DNA of 64,000 nt from an uncultured Nitrospiraceae bacterium (GTDB taxonomy: Bacteria; Nitrospirota; Thermodesulfovibrionia; Thermodesulfovibrionales; Dissulfurispiraceae). The position numbers were made by a program, and so were the translations under genes. How positions within the stretch are numbered: position 1 is the stretch's first letter; each line of letters begins with the position of its first letter. Location of the stretch: positions 40,983 to 104,982 of the forward strand of contig CAMTVO010000010.1 of the NCBI GenBank assembly GCA_947085205.1. Direction: 5' to 3'. Below the pieces are notes generated by a model. That model was not told where the DNA came from, ran no database searches, and saw only the letters and a list, made by a program, of their open reading frames with translations. This document shows, piece by piece, positions 9,202 to 19,309 of the stretch.

Positions 9202-12200
9202 ATGAAAATTAGACAGATCGAGTTTATTGGTTTCAAATCCTTTGCCGACAAGACCTTATTTCCTCTCCACAACGGCATTACCTGCATCGTAGGGCCGAAC
9301 GGCTGCGGAAAGAGCAACATTGCAGATGCATTCAGATGGGTGCTCGGAGAGCAGAGCGCAAAGAGCCTGCGCGGCGAAAAAATGGAAGAGGTCATATTTC
9401 AAGGGTCAGCCACAAAAAAACAGAAGGGAATGGCTGAAGTCACGCTCATCTTTTCCCAGTCAAGCCGTACCGTGCCGAAAAGCGATTCCGGCAACGGAAA
9501 CGGCTCCTCCTCTGATGAGAGCGTTTCGGATGAAATCTCAGTATCGAGAAGGCTCTACAGGTCAGGAGAGAGCGAATATCTCATTAATAAAAAACAGTGC
9601 AGGCTTAGGGATATTAAAGATATATTCCTCGACACAGGCCTCGATGTCAAAAGCTATTCCATATTGGATCAGGGCAGGATCGGCGAGATTATCAATGCAA
9701 AACCCCATGAAAGAAGATTCCTCATCGAGGAAATTGCAGGGGTTATGAAATATAAGGTCAGAAAGGCGGAGGCGCTTTCGAAACTCGAATCTTCAAAGCA
9801 GAATCTCTTGAGGATAAACGACATCGTATATGAAGTCAAACGCCAGATAAACAGCCTCGACAGGCAGGTAAAAAAGGCAGAGAGATATAAAAGACTGATA
9901 GGAGAGCTGAAAGAGGTCGAATTAAGAACGGCAAAGAGGGAGCACGCAAGACTCAGCAATGCCCTAAACGCTCTCTTATCAGAGATAGCGAAACAGAGAG
10001 AAGCGGATTCCGCAAACAGGGCCGAGCTAGCAACTTTAGAAAATCTGATAGAGACTAAACGCCTCGAACTCGCAGAGAAAGAAAAAACACTTTTAGAACT
10101 CGAAAACAGCCTCTATGAAAAAGAACGGATAGTCTCAGACACAGAAAAACGCATAGCAGTATTGAAGGCAAATATAGAAAATAAAAAGGCCGACATTGTC
10201 AGGCTCACAAACCAGCAGGAAGAGATAAAGACCAAAAAAGAGGAGCTTTCCGGAAAGATTGTAGAGCTCGATGATGCCGAAAATGCCCTGTTGTCCAGCA
10301 TGGAAAACATATCGCTGGAGCTCAACGAGAAAAAGGATTGGGCAGCAGACATCGAGATGTCGATTGCGGATAAAGAATCGGAGATAGAAAACAAAAGAAA
10401 AGAGCTATTCAAGGTATCGGAAAACCTGAGCAATAAAAAGAATGAGCTTCACAAGCTCCAGTCTTCTCACGCAACCCTGAAATACAGGGAATCCGTATCC
10501 CTGAAGGATATGGGGAGCATAAAGGCCGGAATTGAGGATTTGCAAAAGTCCATAAAAGAAGCCGAAGATTCTATAAAAACCAAAACCGAAGAGCGCCTCA
10601 AACTCAATTCCGAAAAGGAAGCAATAGCTTCCGAGATAACAAAATTAAAAGGTGAAATCGAAAACAGTAAGACGCTACTTGCCAAAGAAAGGGAAGACCT
10701 TGCCTCAAACATATCCAGACTGAATTCATTAAAAGAGTTGATTGTCGACAGGTCTTTGATGGATTTCATGTCCGAAGGAAAAAGTTATAAAGTCCTTTCT
10801 GACGCCGTCTCGGCAGAGAAGGACTTTGAAATGGCCATTGAGGCCGTCCTTTCAGAAAAGATCAACTCGCTCATAATCGACAATATCGAAGACATCATTT
10901 CAGTAGTGAATATTGTTAAGGAAAAACACCTCGGAAGGACAGCAATACTATACACGGAAATCAGAAGTCGGAAGTCAGAAGTCAAGAGTCAGGAGTCCCA
11001 TCTCTTCACTCATCCATCACTTATCGGCAGGGTATCTGACTTCGTAACATTCGAAAACCCCGATGCTCAGAACATTATAGGCAATCTTCTGGAGAATACA
11101 TACATAGCAAAAGACTTTCAATCTGCCGTTGAAATACTTAACTCTGAACTCTTAACTCATAACTCTGAATTAACCCTTGTTACCCTCGACGGCGAGGTTA
11201 TAAACAGCGAGGGGTGGCTTTTCGCAGGTCACGGGAAGGATATTCTAAAAAAGAAGAGGGAGATAAAAGAACTTCAGACCACAATAGACGAACAGCAGAA
11301 CAAGATAAGCGCTCTTGAGAGCGGTTTAAACACATTGAACGACGGTTTGGCTGCTAAAAAAGATTCTTTGAAAAACATCGAGGACTCCATTATCGACATT
11401 GAAAAAAACATATCCCTCGCCAATCAGTCGTTAAATAACCGGAGAGAAGAATTGGAAAGAAAGACAAGGCGGCTTTCTTTCTTAGACACAGAAATCTCGA
11501 CTATTTCGCATGAGATAGAGTCTCTTCAGAATCTTATGAACTCGAAGACAGAAGATATTGCCCTGCTCGAAAAAGAGATAAAGGAGGTTAACGATGCAAT
11601 AGCTTCCATGCAGGAATCACTTTCTGCGATAAAGGGAGAGTACGAAGATGCAAGGTCTCACATCACAGACCTGAAGCTCTCAATGACATCTTACAAAGAG
11701 AAGGTGGATGCGCTCAGAAAAGGAAGGGATAACATTAACAATACAATCGCAGAGTTTGAGAGCAAAAAAGAGGAGGCATTAAAGGAGATTCAGGAGGCTG
11801 AGGAAAGGATAAAAGAATATGTCGAAGAGTTACAGAATCTTGAGGAAGGCATAAAAGACCTTATTATTGAGGCCGACAAGATACAGATAGAGAGAACAAA
11901 CCTGAAAGAAACCATACATTCGGAGAATCAAGAGTTAATCTCAAAGGGCAATATCCTCAGGAATATAAGGGTGCAGATAGACGAAATATCCCAGCAACTC
12001 TCTGAGCTTAACTCCAGAGCAGTAGAAAACAGGCTCAGGATAGAGAATATTGAAAGTTCGATTTCGCAAAAATACGGGCTCGATATAAAGACCGAGGCAG
12101 TAGAAACAGAAGGGTTCGACGCATCAGAAGACGAAAACATGATAAATGAATTGAACAACAAGATACGGGAACTCGGGCCTGTAAATCTCGGCACTATTGA

Positions 12201-12777
12201 AGAGTACGAAGAACTCAAAAACCGCTATGATTTCCTGATAAAGCAGCAGCAGGATCTGACAATGTCCATTGCAGAGCTTGAAGAGGCGATAAGCAGGATA
12301 AACGCAACAACAAGGAGAAGGCTCCGCGAGGCCTACGATGCGCTGAGGACAAAATTCTCTGAAGTATTTACCACGCTGTTCGGCGGTGGAAAGTCCGATA
12401 TTATACTAACGGATGAGGAGAACATACTTGACTCAGGTCTGGACATCATAGCCCAGCCTCCCGGCAAAAGGCTTCAGAATATAAATCTGCTTTCAGGAGG
12501 AGAAAAGGCGCTCACCTCGCTTGCTCTTCTCTTCGCAGGATTCCTGATAAAGCCAAGCCCTCTCTGCATCCTCGACGAGGCAGACGCTCCACTGGATGAA
12601 TCAAACACAGTCAGGTTCGTCCGGATGATAAAAGAACTCTCTAACGAGACGCAGTTTATAGTGATTACTCATAACAGGACAACAATGGAGGTCGCTGATT
12701 ACCTTTACGGCATCACAATGGAAGAGCCTGGTGTATCAAAGGCGATTTCACTGCAGTTTGCTGATGTGGAAATTTAA
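9202..12777 (+). CDS. smc: Chromosome segregation protein SMC
   Basis: GFKSF, GPNGCGKSN Walker A, long coiled coils, hinge, LSGGEK, LDEADAPLD. Confidence 0.97.
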   Translation: MKIRQIEFIGFKSFADKTLFPLHNGITCIVGPNGCGKSNIADAFRWVLGEQSAKSLRGEKMEEVIFQGSATKKQKGMAEVTLIFSQSSRTVPKSDSGNGNGSSSDESVSDEISVSRRLYRSGESEYLINKKQCRLRDIKDIFLDTGLDVKSYSILDQGRIGEIINAKPHERRFLIEEIAGVMKYKVRKAEALSKLESSKQNLLRINDIVYEVKRQINSLDRQVKKAERYKRLIGELKEVELRTAKREHARLSNALNALLSEIAKQREADSANRAELATLENLIETKRLELAEKEKTLLELENSLYEKERIVSDTEKRIAVLKANIENKKADIVRLTNQQEEIKTKKEELSGKIVELDDAENALLSSMENISLELNEKKDWAADIEMSIADKESEIENKRKELFKVSENLSNKKNELHKLQSSHATLKYRESVSLKDMGSIKAGIEDLQKSIKEAEDSIKTKTEERLKLNSEKEAIASEITKLKGEIENSKTLLAKEREDLASNISRLNSLKELIVDRSLMDFMSEGKSYKVLSDAVSAEKDFEMAIEAVLSEKINSLIIDNIEDIISVVNIVKEKHLGRTAILYTEIRSRKSEVKSQESHLFTHPSLIGRVSDFVTFENPDAQNIIGNLLENTYIAKDFQSAVEILNSELLTHNSELTLVTLDGEVINSEGWLFAGHGKDILKKKREIKELQTTIDEQQNKISALESGLNTLNDGLAAKKDSLKNIEDSIIDIEKNISLANQSLNNRREELERKTRRLSFLDTEISTISHEIESLQNLMNSKTEDIALLEKEIKEVNDAIASMQESLSAIKGEYEDARSHITDLKLSMTSYKEKVDALRKGRDNINNTIAEFESKKEEALKEIQEAEERIKEYVEELQNLEEGIKDLIIEADKIQIERTNLKETIHSENQELISKGNILRNIRVQIDEISQQLSELNSRAVENRLRIENIESSISQKYGLDIKTEAVETEGFDASEDENMINELNNKIRELGPVNLGTIEEYEELKNRYDFLIKQQQDLTMSIAELEEAISRINATTRRRLREAYDALRTKFSEVFTTLFGGGKSDIILTDEENILDSGLDIIAQPPGKRLQNINLLSGGEKALTSLALLFAGFLIKPSPLCILDEADAPLDESNTVRFVRMIKELSNETQFIVITHNRTTMEVADYLYGITMEEPGVSKAISLQFADVEI

Positions 12778-12780
12778 GCA

Positions 12781-12809
12781 TTTACAATTAAATGCCTCTG
12801 GTTTATACT
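12781..12809 (+). promoter_or_regulatory. Putative sigma70 promoter for the RRM gene
   Basis: TTTACA-17-TATACT. Confidence 0.65.
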
Positions 12810-12896
12810 AATGAATAGCTTTTCAAAGTTAAAGAATCCATGGAGACTTTAAAAGCTCTGGGGTTTTTTATTTTTACCAAATTAAGGAGGGTAAGT

Positions 12897-13220
12897 ATGA
12901 GCAAAAAAATCTATGTGGGAAATCTCTCGTTTAGGGCAACAGAAGATGACATCAGAGGAATCTTCTCAAAAGTCGGCGAAGTGGAATCGGTTAACATACT
13001 AACCGATGCGCACACAGGCCGCTCCAAAGGGTTTGGCTTTGTTGAGATGGCATCAGAAGAAGATGCAAAAAAGGCGATAGAATCCCTGAACGGCTCATCA
13101 TTCATGGAGAGGACTCTAACCGTTGCCGAGGCAAAGCCCCAGAAGCCAAGAGAAAGAGGTGGTTTTGAAGGCAGAAGAGGCGGTTATGGCGGAGGCAGGG
13201 GGCACGGAAGGAGAGGATAA
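12897..13220 (+). CDS. RRM RNA-binding protein with Gly/Arg-rich tail
   Basis: RNP2 IYVGNL, RNP1 KGFGFVEM; AAGGAGG RBS. Confidence 0.95.
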   Translation: MSKKIYVGNLSFRATEDDIRGIFSKVGEVESVNILTDAHTGRSKGFGFVEMASEEDAKKAIESLNGSSFMERTLTVAEAKPQKPRERGGFEGRRGGYGGGRGHGRRG

Positions 13221-13262
13221 AGGCTGCAAGATCCAAGAGACCTGTAGTATAATTTTCATTGT

Positions 13263-14618
13263 ATGAAGAATCCTTCTGGTATCTCCGGCATTCAAATCTC
13301 CGCGGATAAAGAAGACCTAATATGCTACAGCTTTGATGCATCCATTGCAGAGTCAAAACTTCCGCAGGCTGTTGCATGGCCGAAAAATACAGATGAGGTA
13401 GTAAGGCTTGTCAAATACGCAGGCGAAAACAACCTCTCGATCATACCTCGCGGCGCAGGCACAGGCATGTCCGGAGCGTCAGTTCCATCAGGGAATTGCA
13501 TGGTCCTGAGCTTCGAAAAGATGAGAAAGATTCTGGATGTCGATACCAGAAACATGACTGTAGTTGTTGAGCCTGGCATTGTAAATGTCAGGCTTCAGAA
13601 AGAGTTGGAATACTTAGGATACTTTTACCCGCCCGACCCTGCAAGCCTCGATATATGCACTATCGGAGGCAATGTTGCAACAAACGCAGGAGGCCCGAGG
13701 ACGATAAAATACGGTGTTACAAGGGATTATGTCATGGGCATAGAGGCTGTTCTGCCTGACGGAAGCATAATAAACACAGGAGGCAAGACCTACAAAAAAG
13801 CTGTTGGATATGACCTGAAAAATCTGCTCATAGGCTCTGAAGGAACCCTCGCTATTTCTACAAAGATAAGGCTTAAGATGCTACCCCTGCCGGAGGATGT
13901 GATAACGCTCCTTGTGCTTTTCAATAATCTTGAGGCGTCAGGAAATGCGGTCACAAAGATTCTCTCGTCAAAGATAATACCGAGGACAATGGAATTCATG
14001 GACAGGCTCTCAATAGAGGCCATAGAAAATTACAAGCCTACAGGGCTTCCGACAGATGTGGAAGCGCTTCTCTTAATAGAGCTTGACGGATACCCTGCAA
14101 CAATCAAAAAAGAGGCTGAAAGGGTCGTCGATATCTGCCGTTCGCTCGGAGGCGAGGCTGTTGTCGCAGAAGACGACATGGCGCGTAATGGGCTTTGGGA
14201 GGCGAGGAGGTCTATCTCCCCTGCCCTTTACCACATCAAGCCCACAAAGATTAATGAAGATATCGTTGTTCCGAGGGATAAAATTCCATCCATTCTCATG
14301 GAATTAAGAAAATTATCAGAACAAAGCGGGATAAAGATTATCAGCTTCGGCCATGCAGGAGACGGAAACATCCATGTGAATATAATGGTTGATAAAAACG
14401 ATAAAAATGAATACGCAAAGGGCATGGAAATCGTAAAAAAGATATTCGCGCTTACCGTCAACCTCGGCGGCTCAATCTCAGGCGAGCACGGAATAGGCAT
14501 AACAAAAGCGCCTTACATCGGCATGGAGACAAAAGAGAAAGAACTGGAACTAATGAAAGGCATCAAGGGATTATTCGACCCAAAGGGAATAATGAATCCG
14601 GGGAAGATATTCGGGTAA
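13263..14618 (+). CDS. FAD-linked oxidase, GlcD/D-lactate dehydrogenase family
   Basis: PRGAGTG, YPPDPAS, TIGGNVATNAGG, GHAGDGNIH, GEHGIG, NPGK. Confidence 0.9.
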   Translation: MKNPSGISGIQISADKEDLICYSFDASIAESKLPQAVAWPKNTDEVVRLVKYAGENNLSIIPRGAGTGMSGASVPSGNCMVLSFEKMRKILDVDTRNMTVVVEPGIVNVRLQKELEYLGYFYPPDPASLDICTIGGNVATNAGGPRTIKYGVTRDYVMGIEAVLPDGSIINTGGKTYKKAVGYDLKNLLIGSEGTLAISTKIRLKMLPLPEDVITLLVLFNNLEASGNAVTKILSSKIIPRTMEFMDRLSIEAIENYKPTGLPTDVEALLLIELDGYPATIKKEAERVVDICRSLGGEAVVAEDDMARNGLWEARRSISPALYHIKPTKINEDIVVPRDKIPSILMELRKLSEQSGIKIISFGHAGDGNIHVNIMVDKNDKNEYAKGMEIVKKIFALTVNLGGSISGEHGIGITKAPYIGMETKEKELELMKGIKGLFDPKGIMNPGKIFG

Positions 14619-15644
14619 ATGGAAAAAACCGACCTCAAGGCCTTATCGAAGCAGGAATTGGAATCTTTTGTCAAAGAATCAGGACTGCCTTCGTTTAGGG
14701 CAAAACAGATACTGCACTGGATTTATGAAAAGCATACACAATCGATTCAGGAGATTACAGAACTCTCAAAAGACCTGGGAGAAAAACTTTCGGAAAAGGC
14801 GTATATAAGTAATCTTGAACTGCTCGACAGACAAATCTCTAAAGATGGCACAGAAAAATTTCTTTTCGGGCTTGAGGACGGAGAGACCATCGAGAGCGTC
14901 TTAATTCCTGACGAAGACCGCTTAACGCTCTGCATTTCATCACAAGTAGGCTGTGCAACGGTTTGCAGATTCTGTCTTACAGGCAAATTTGGACTAAAAA
15001 GAAATCTCAATGCCCATGAAATAGTTGACCAGATAATATTCACAAGCAGAACCATTAAGCCAAGACGGCTTACCAATGTTGTATTAATGGGCATGGGAGA
15101 GCCTCTGGCGAATTTCGAGAATGTTGTTGAGGCATTGTGGCGGATTACAGAATTTATGAAAATCTCTCCGAGGAGGATTACCCTTTCCACATCAGGCATT
15201 GTGCCTAAAATCCTGGAACTCCCCCAAAAAGCTCCTATGGTGAATCTGGCCATATCTCTGAATGCAACAACGGATGCTGTAAGGGATTACATAATGCCAA
15301 TCAATAAGACCTACCCGATTAAACAATTGCTTGATGCATGCCGTAAATTCCCGCTTCCGGCAAGGAGAAGGATAACCTTTGAGTATGTGATGCTGAAGGA
15401 TATTAATGACACACCTGAAGACGCAAAGAGGCTTATAAATCTACTTAAAGGGATACCCTCAAAAGTGAACTTAATACCCTTCAATCCCTATGAAGGCTCT
15501 GAATTTAAGAGGCCGGATGATAAAAGGGTTTTGGAATTCCAGAATATTCTCATTAAGGGCAATGTAATCGCCCTTATCAGAAAGAGCAAGGGGCAGGATA
15601 TTCTTGCAGCCTGCGGACAGTTAAAGGCAAGATATGCGTTATAG
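14619..15644 (+). CDS. rlmN: Dual-specificity RNA methyltransferase RlmN
   Basis: SSQVGCxxxCxFC, MGMGEP, AACGQL. Confidence 0.95.
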   Translation: MEKTDLKALSKQELESFVKESGLPSFRAKQILHWIYEKHTQSIQEITELSKDLGEKLSEKAYISNLELLDRQISKDGTEKFLFGLEDGETIESVLIPDEDRLTLCISSQVGCATVCRFCLTGKFGLKRNLNAHEIVDQIIFTSRTIKPRRLTNVVLMGMGEPLANFENVVEALWRITEFMKISPRRITLSTSGIVPKILELPQKAPMVNLAISLNATTDAVRDYIMPINKTYPIKQLLDACRKFPLPARRRITFEYVMLKDINDTPEDAKRLINLLKGIPSKVNLIPFNPYEGSEFKRPDDKRVLEFQNILIKGNVIALIRKSKGQDILAACGQLKARYAL

Positions 15645-15672
15645 CGACTTCCTTGCGCTACAACGCTCAACG

Positions 15673-16443
15673 CTATAATGCCTTACACTTCAGCGTTTCT
15701 TCCATCATCAGGATGTATTTTGTGTAGTCAAAGCCGAATTTCATCAGTTCTATTTCATCACTCTTTATTTTTTCTAAGGTTTTTTCATCAACATTAAACA
15801 TCTCAAGGAACTTGCTCTCGAAGACAAATCTCCTGAATCTGTCGACATCATAGCATGCCATGTAAAATGCCTTCTGTTTTTTCTCGTCAAGGGAATGCCC
15901 AGGGAGGTTTCTTCTGAACAGGATTTCCTTCCATCCCCTGTTCATGTCGTCATAGACATCCACTCCCTGATCATCCCTCCAACTCTTTATTGTCCACGCT
16001 GCATCTTCGTTGAAGCCGAGGCAGTGCGGCTCTTTAATGAAGAAATAGAATTCCTCGGTTATAGGCTCGTTTATTTTATCGTCCATTTTTTTAAGTGATG
16101 CCTGTCCAACAGGATAGTACCTGCAGTTTGCAGGCCTGTCCGAGTATATTGTGCAGCCCTCTGCTGTTACAAAGGGACATTTTCTTTCTGCATCTTCGTT
16201 CATCTTCAAGAATACGAAGGGATGGGAAGTCTTCTCGTCTATCTCTATATAAGTAGAGTTGGCCAGAAAATCGCCTGATGAGATGCCCATCCTGTTTTTA
16301 AGCCTGAGAATGTCGTACGGGGTGAGCATAATATCAATATTGCTGCAGCATTTTGTGAAACATCCGATGCCTTTATGACATCTGAATTTGAATCGTGAAT
16401 CTATGGAAAGTTGTACTTTCTCTACATGCTTCATGTTTAACAT
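15673..16443 (-). CDS. YkgJ-family cysteine cluster protein
   Basis: CFTKCC, CPF, GCTIYSDRPANCRYYP; GGAGG RBS before 16443. Confidence 0.85.
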   Translation of the reverse strand: MLNMKHVEKVQLSIDSRFKFRCHKGIGCFTKCCSNIDIMLTPYDILRLKNRMGISSGDFLANSTYIEIDEKTSHPFVFLKMNEDAERKCPFVTAEGCTIYSDRPANCRYYPVGQASLKKMDDKINEPITEEFYFFIKEPHCLGFNEDAAWTIKSWRDDQGVDVYDDMNRGWKEILFRRNLPGHSLDEKKQKAFYMACYDVDRFRRFVFESKFLEMFNVDEKTLEKIKSDEIELMKFGFDYTKYILMMEETLKCKAL

Positions 16444-16508
16444 CGCGGGCCTCCAAAAAAACAATTTATTTATTTTAACACGCGGCAGCCAAAAAGGGCT
16501 ACCGCAAA

Positions 16509-16538
16509 TTGACTTTTATCAAGGCGTTTTAGTATTCT
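16509..16538 (+). promoter_or_regulatory. Putative promoter of the tRNA cluster
   Basis: TTGACT-18-TATTCT just upstream of tRNA-Pro. Confidence 0.55.
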
Positions 16539-16547
16539 AAATGTTTA

Positions 16548-16625
<78 letters not shown>

Positions 16626-16626
16626 T

Positions 16627-16703
<77 letters not shown>

Positions 16704-16712
16704 TATACGAAC

Positions 16713-16788
16713 GGTGGGCGTAGCTCAATGGCAGAGCACTGGACTGTTGCTCCAGTGGTTGCGGGTTCGATCCCCGTCGCCCACCCCA
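16713..16788 (+). tRNA. tRNA with His identity elements (G-1:C73) but GTT (Asn) anticodon
   Basis: G-GTGGGCG...CGCCCAC-C-CCA acceptor stem; anticodon arm CTGGA-CTGTTGC-TCCAG. Confidence 0.85.
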
Positions 16789-16886
16789 AAAATCGTGATG
16801 GGTAAAGCGTGAAGCGTAAAGAGTCAAAAATTTTTAGCATTAAAATCCATACTCATTACCGATTACTCGTTACGGATTACGAATAT

Positions 16887-16960
16887 GCGCCTGTAGCTCA
16901 GCGGATTAGAGCATCGGCCTCCGGAGCCGAGGGTCGGAGGTTCGAATCCTCTCAGGCGCG
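16887..16960 (+). tRNA. tRNA-Arg(CCG), CCA not encoded
   Basis: TCGGC-CTCCGGA-GCCGA anticodon arm; GCGCCTG/CAGGCGC acceptor stem. Confidence 0.93.
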
Positions 16961-17023
16961 TTATTAGTGAATAGTTATTAGTATTTAGTTAGTTTATTTT
17001 TACTATTCACTGTTCACTATGCA

Positions 17024-18238
17024 CTATACACTATCTAATAAGTGGCCTAATTTCTTCTTCTTTGTTTTCAGATAAACGATATTTTTGTCGTGAGGTCTTG
17101 ACTCTACCGATACCCTTTCAACAACCTTAAGTCCGTATCCTTCGAGGCCTATTATTTTCTTTGGATTATTTGTCATCAGCCTCATCTTTCTTACGCCGAG
17201 GTCAACGAGTATCTGTGCGCCGATTCCATAGTCGCGCAAATCCGGCTTAAACCCGAGTTTGATATTGGCCTCAACAGTATCGAGCCCTTTATCCTGAAGC
17301 TCATATGCCTTCAGTTTGTTTGCAAGACCTATACCCCTTCCTTCCTGCCTCATGTAGAGTATAACACCCTTTCCTTCTTTCTTTATCATCTCCATTGCCT
17401 TGTGAAGCTGGTCGCCGCAGTCGCATCTCTTCGAGCCGAAGACATCGCCTGTGAGGCATTCTGAATGCACTCTTACAAGCACCTTATCCTCAGGTTTTAT
17501 CTCTCCTTTTACAAGCGCTATATGGACATTCGGGTCAACATCATTGGAATAGGCTATTGCTGTAAAATCACCGCCGTATTCTGTCGGCATCTGGACAGTC
17601 GCAACCCTTCTTACAAACCTCTCTGTCCGCATCCTGTACTGAATCAGGTCTTTCACTGTTATGATTTTCATATTATGTCTTTCTGAGAACTCCATTAACT
17701 GGGGAACCCTCGCCATTGTCCCGTCGTCGTTCATTATCTCGCATATAACGCCTGCCGGATAGAGACCTGCGAGTCTCGCAAGGTCAACAGAACCTTCGGT
17801 CTGGCCGGCCCTCTGCAAGACACCTCCGGGCTTTGCCCTGAGAGGGAAAACGTGTCCAGGCCTTGCAATGTCTTCAGACTTTGATTGCGGATTTATGGCA
17901 GTAAGTATGGTAACTGCCCTGTCATGGGCGGATATTCCTGTTGTAACGCCTTTTTTTGCCTCGATGGATACTGTAAAGGCAGTGCCGAATGAAGATGTGT
18001 TGGCGTCGGTCATCATAGGAAGCTTCAGCTCTTCGACCCTTTGAGGCGTTAAAGAGAGGCATATAAGTCCCCTTCCGTGTTTTGCCATGAAATTTATAGC
18101 CTCCGGCGTGACCTTCTCTGCAGCCATGCATAGGTCTCCCTCGTTTTCCCTGTCCTCATCATCCACAAGGATAACCATCTTGCCCTTTGTTATGTCTTCA
18201 AGGGCATCTTCTATTGTGTTGAATTTATGTTTTTCCAT
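17024..18238 (-). CDS. ribBA: Bifunctional DHBP synthase / GTP cyclohydrolase II
   Basis: [33 protein letters not shown]. Confidence 0.97.
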   Translation of the reverse strand: MEKHKFNTIEDALEDITKGKMVILVDDEDRENEGDLCMAAEKVTPEAINFMAKHGRGLICLSLTPQRVEELKLPMMTDANTSSFGTAFTVSIEAKKGVTTGISAHDRAVTILTAINPQSKSEDIARPGHVFPLRAKPGGVLQRAGQTEGSVDLARLAGLYPAGVICEIMNDDGTMARVPQLMEFSERHNMKIITVKDLIQYRMRTERFVRRVATVQMPTEYGGDFTAIAYSNDVDPNVHIALVKGEIKPEDKVLVRVHSECLTGDVFGSKRCDCGDQLHKAMEMIKKEGKGVILYMRQEGRGIGLANKLKAYELQDKGLDTVEANIKLGFKPDLRDYGIGAQILVDLGVRKMRLMTNNPKKIIGLEGYGLKVVERVSVESRPHDKNIVYLKTKKKKLGHLLDSV

Positions 18239-18259
18239 CCTGAATCCTCCATAAAAACA

Positions 18260-18332
18260 GGCTATGGGCAATAGGCCATAGGCAATAGGACAATCTATCG
18301 CTCTATTGACTATCGCCTCTTGCCTTTTGCCT
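18260..18332. repeat. Inverted pair of heptamer tandem arrays
   Basis: (GGCAATA)-like x4 followed by complementary (CTATTGC/CTATCGC)-like units. Confidence 0.75.
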
Positions 18333-18451
18333 AACCTATTGAGTATAGCAAAATCGGTATATATCTTTCCATTTGGCTTATTTTATGAGAAAAATGTGGG
18401 AAAGGCCGAAAGTTCTGGTATAATTTAGTCAATATTTGCAAAGGAGCTGCA

Positions 18452-19309
18452 ATGGAGCAACTATCGCTGAAGACAGAGAAATTTTTCGACATCCTCAATA
18501 CCGTCCTTTCTACTCTGAATATCGATGAAGTGCTCACAACTGTCGTCAGAGAGATAAAATTCCTCCTCGGCGCTGACAGATGCACCTTGTTTTTGGTCGA
18601 CAGAGATAACAACGAACTCTATTCAAAAGTCCTTCAGGCGGACAATCTTATAGAAATAAGGGTTCCACTCACAAAGAGCAGCCTTGCAGGCTATTCGTCC
18701 ATAACAGGGACGGTCATGAATATAAAAGACGCATACGATGAAGTTGAATTGAAAGCAATAGACAGCGGCCTGTCTTTTGACAAAAGATGGGACGAAAAGA
18801 GCGGATACAGGACAAAAGGCGTGCTGGCAATACCTGTCAAGGCAAAAGGCGAGATTGTCGGGGTATTTCAGGCGCTTAACAAGCCGGACGGTTTCTCTGC
18901 CTCTGATGTCAGCATGATGGAGCAACTGTCTTTTCTTTTAGGAATTGCCGTAAACAATGCACTTTCATACCAGACCATAGAGGAAGAAAAGAAGCTCAGA
19001 GAGTACATCATAGACGATATAGAAGAGGGCATTTGCATTCTCGATACAAAAAAGAGAATTATCGCTGCAAACAAATTCTTAGAAGTCATGAGCGGCATGA
19101 GATCTTCAACAGATGCCATGGTTGGAGAATACTTCTTTGAACTCTTCCCGAATTTTGCAAATACACAGCTTGAAGAAAAGATAAACGAGGTATTCCTTTT
19201 TGGTTTTAAAAAGATAGCATTGCTTGAAGTGCTCGAAGTAAAGATTATTCCGTACCTTGATGAAAAAGGAAGAGTAAAAAAGTTGATACTCATCTTTACG
19301 AGGGTATAG
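18452..19309 (+). CDS. GAF + PAS sensor protein without output domain
   Basis: ADRCTLFLVD, DEKSGYRTK, ALNK..F...D GAF motifs; IIDDIEEGICILD PAS start. Confidence 0.85.
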   Translation: MEQLSLKTEKFFDILNTVLSTLNIDEVLTTVVREIKFLLGADRCTLFLVDRDNNELYSKVLQADNLIEIRVPLTKSSLAGYSSITGTVMNIKDAYDEVELKAIDSGLSFDKRWDEKSGYRTKGVLAIPVKAKGEIVGVFQALNKPDGFSASDVSMMEQLSFLLGIAVNNALSYQTIEEEKKLREYIIDDIEEGICILDTKKRIIAANKFLEVMSGMRSSTDAMVGEYFFELFPNFANTQLEEKINEVFLFGFKKIALLEVLEVKIIPYLDEKGRVKKLILIFTRV

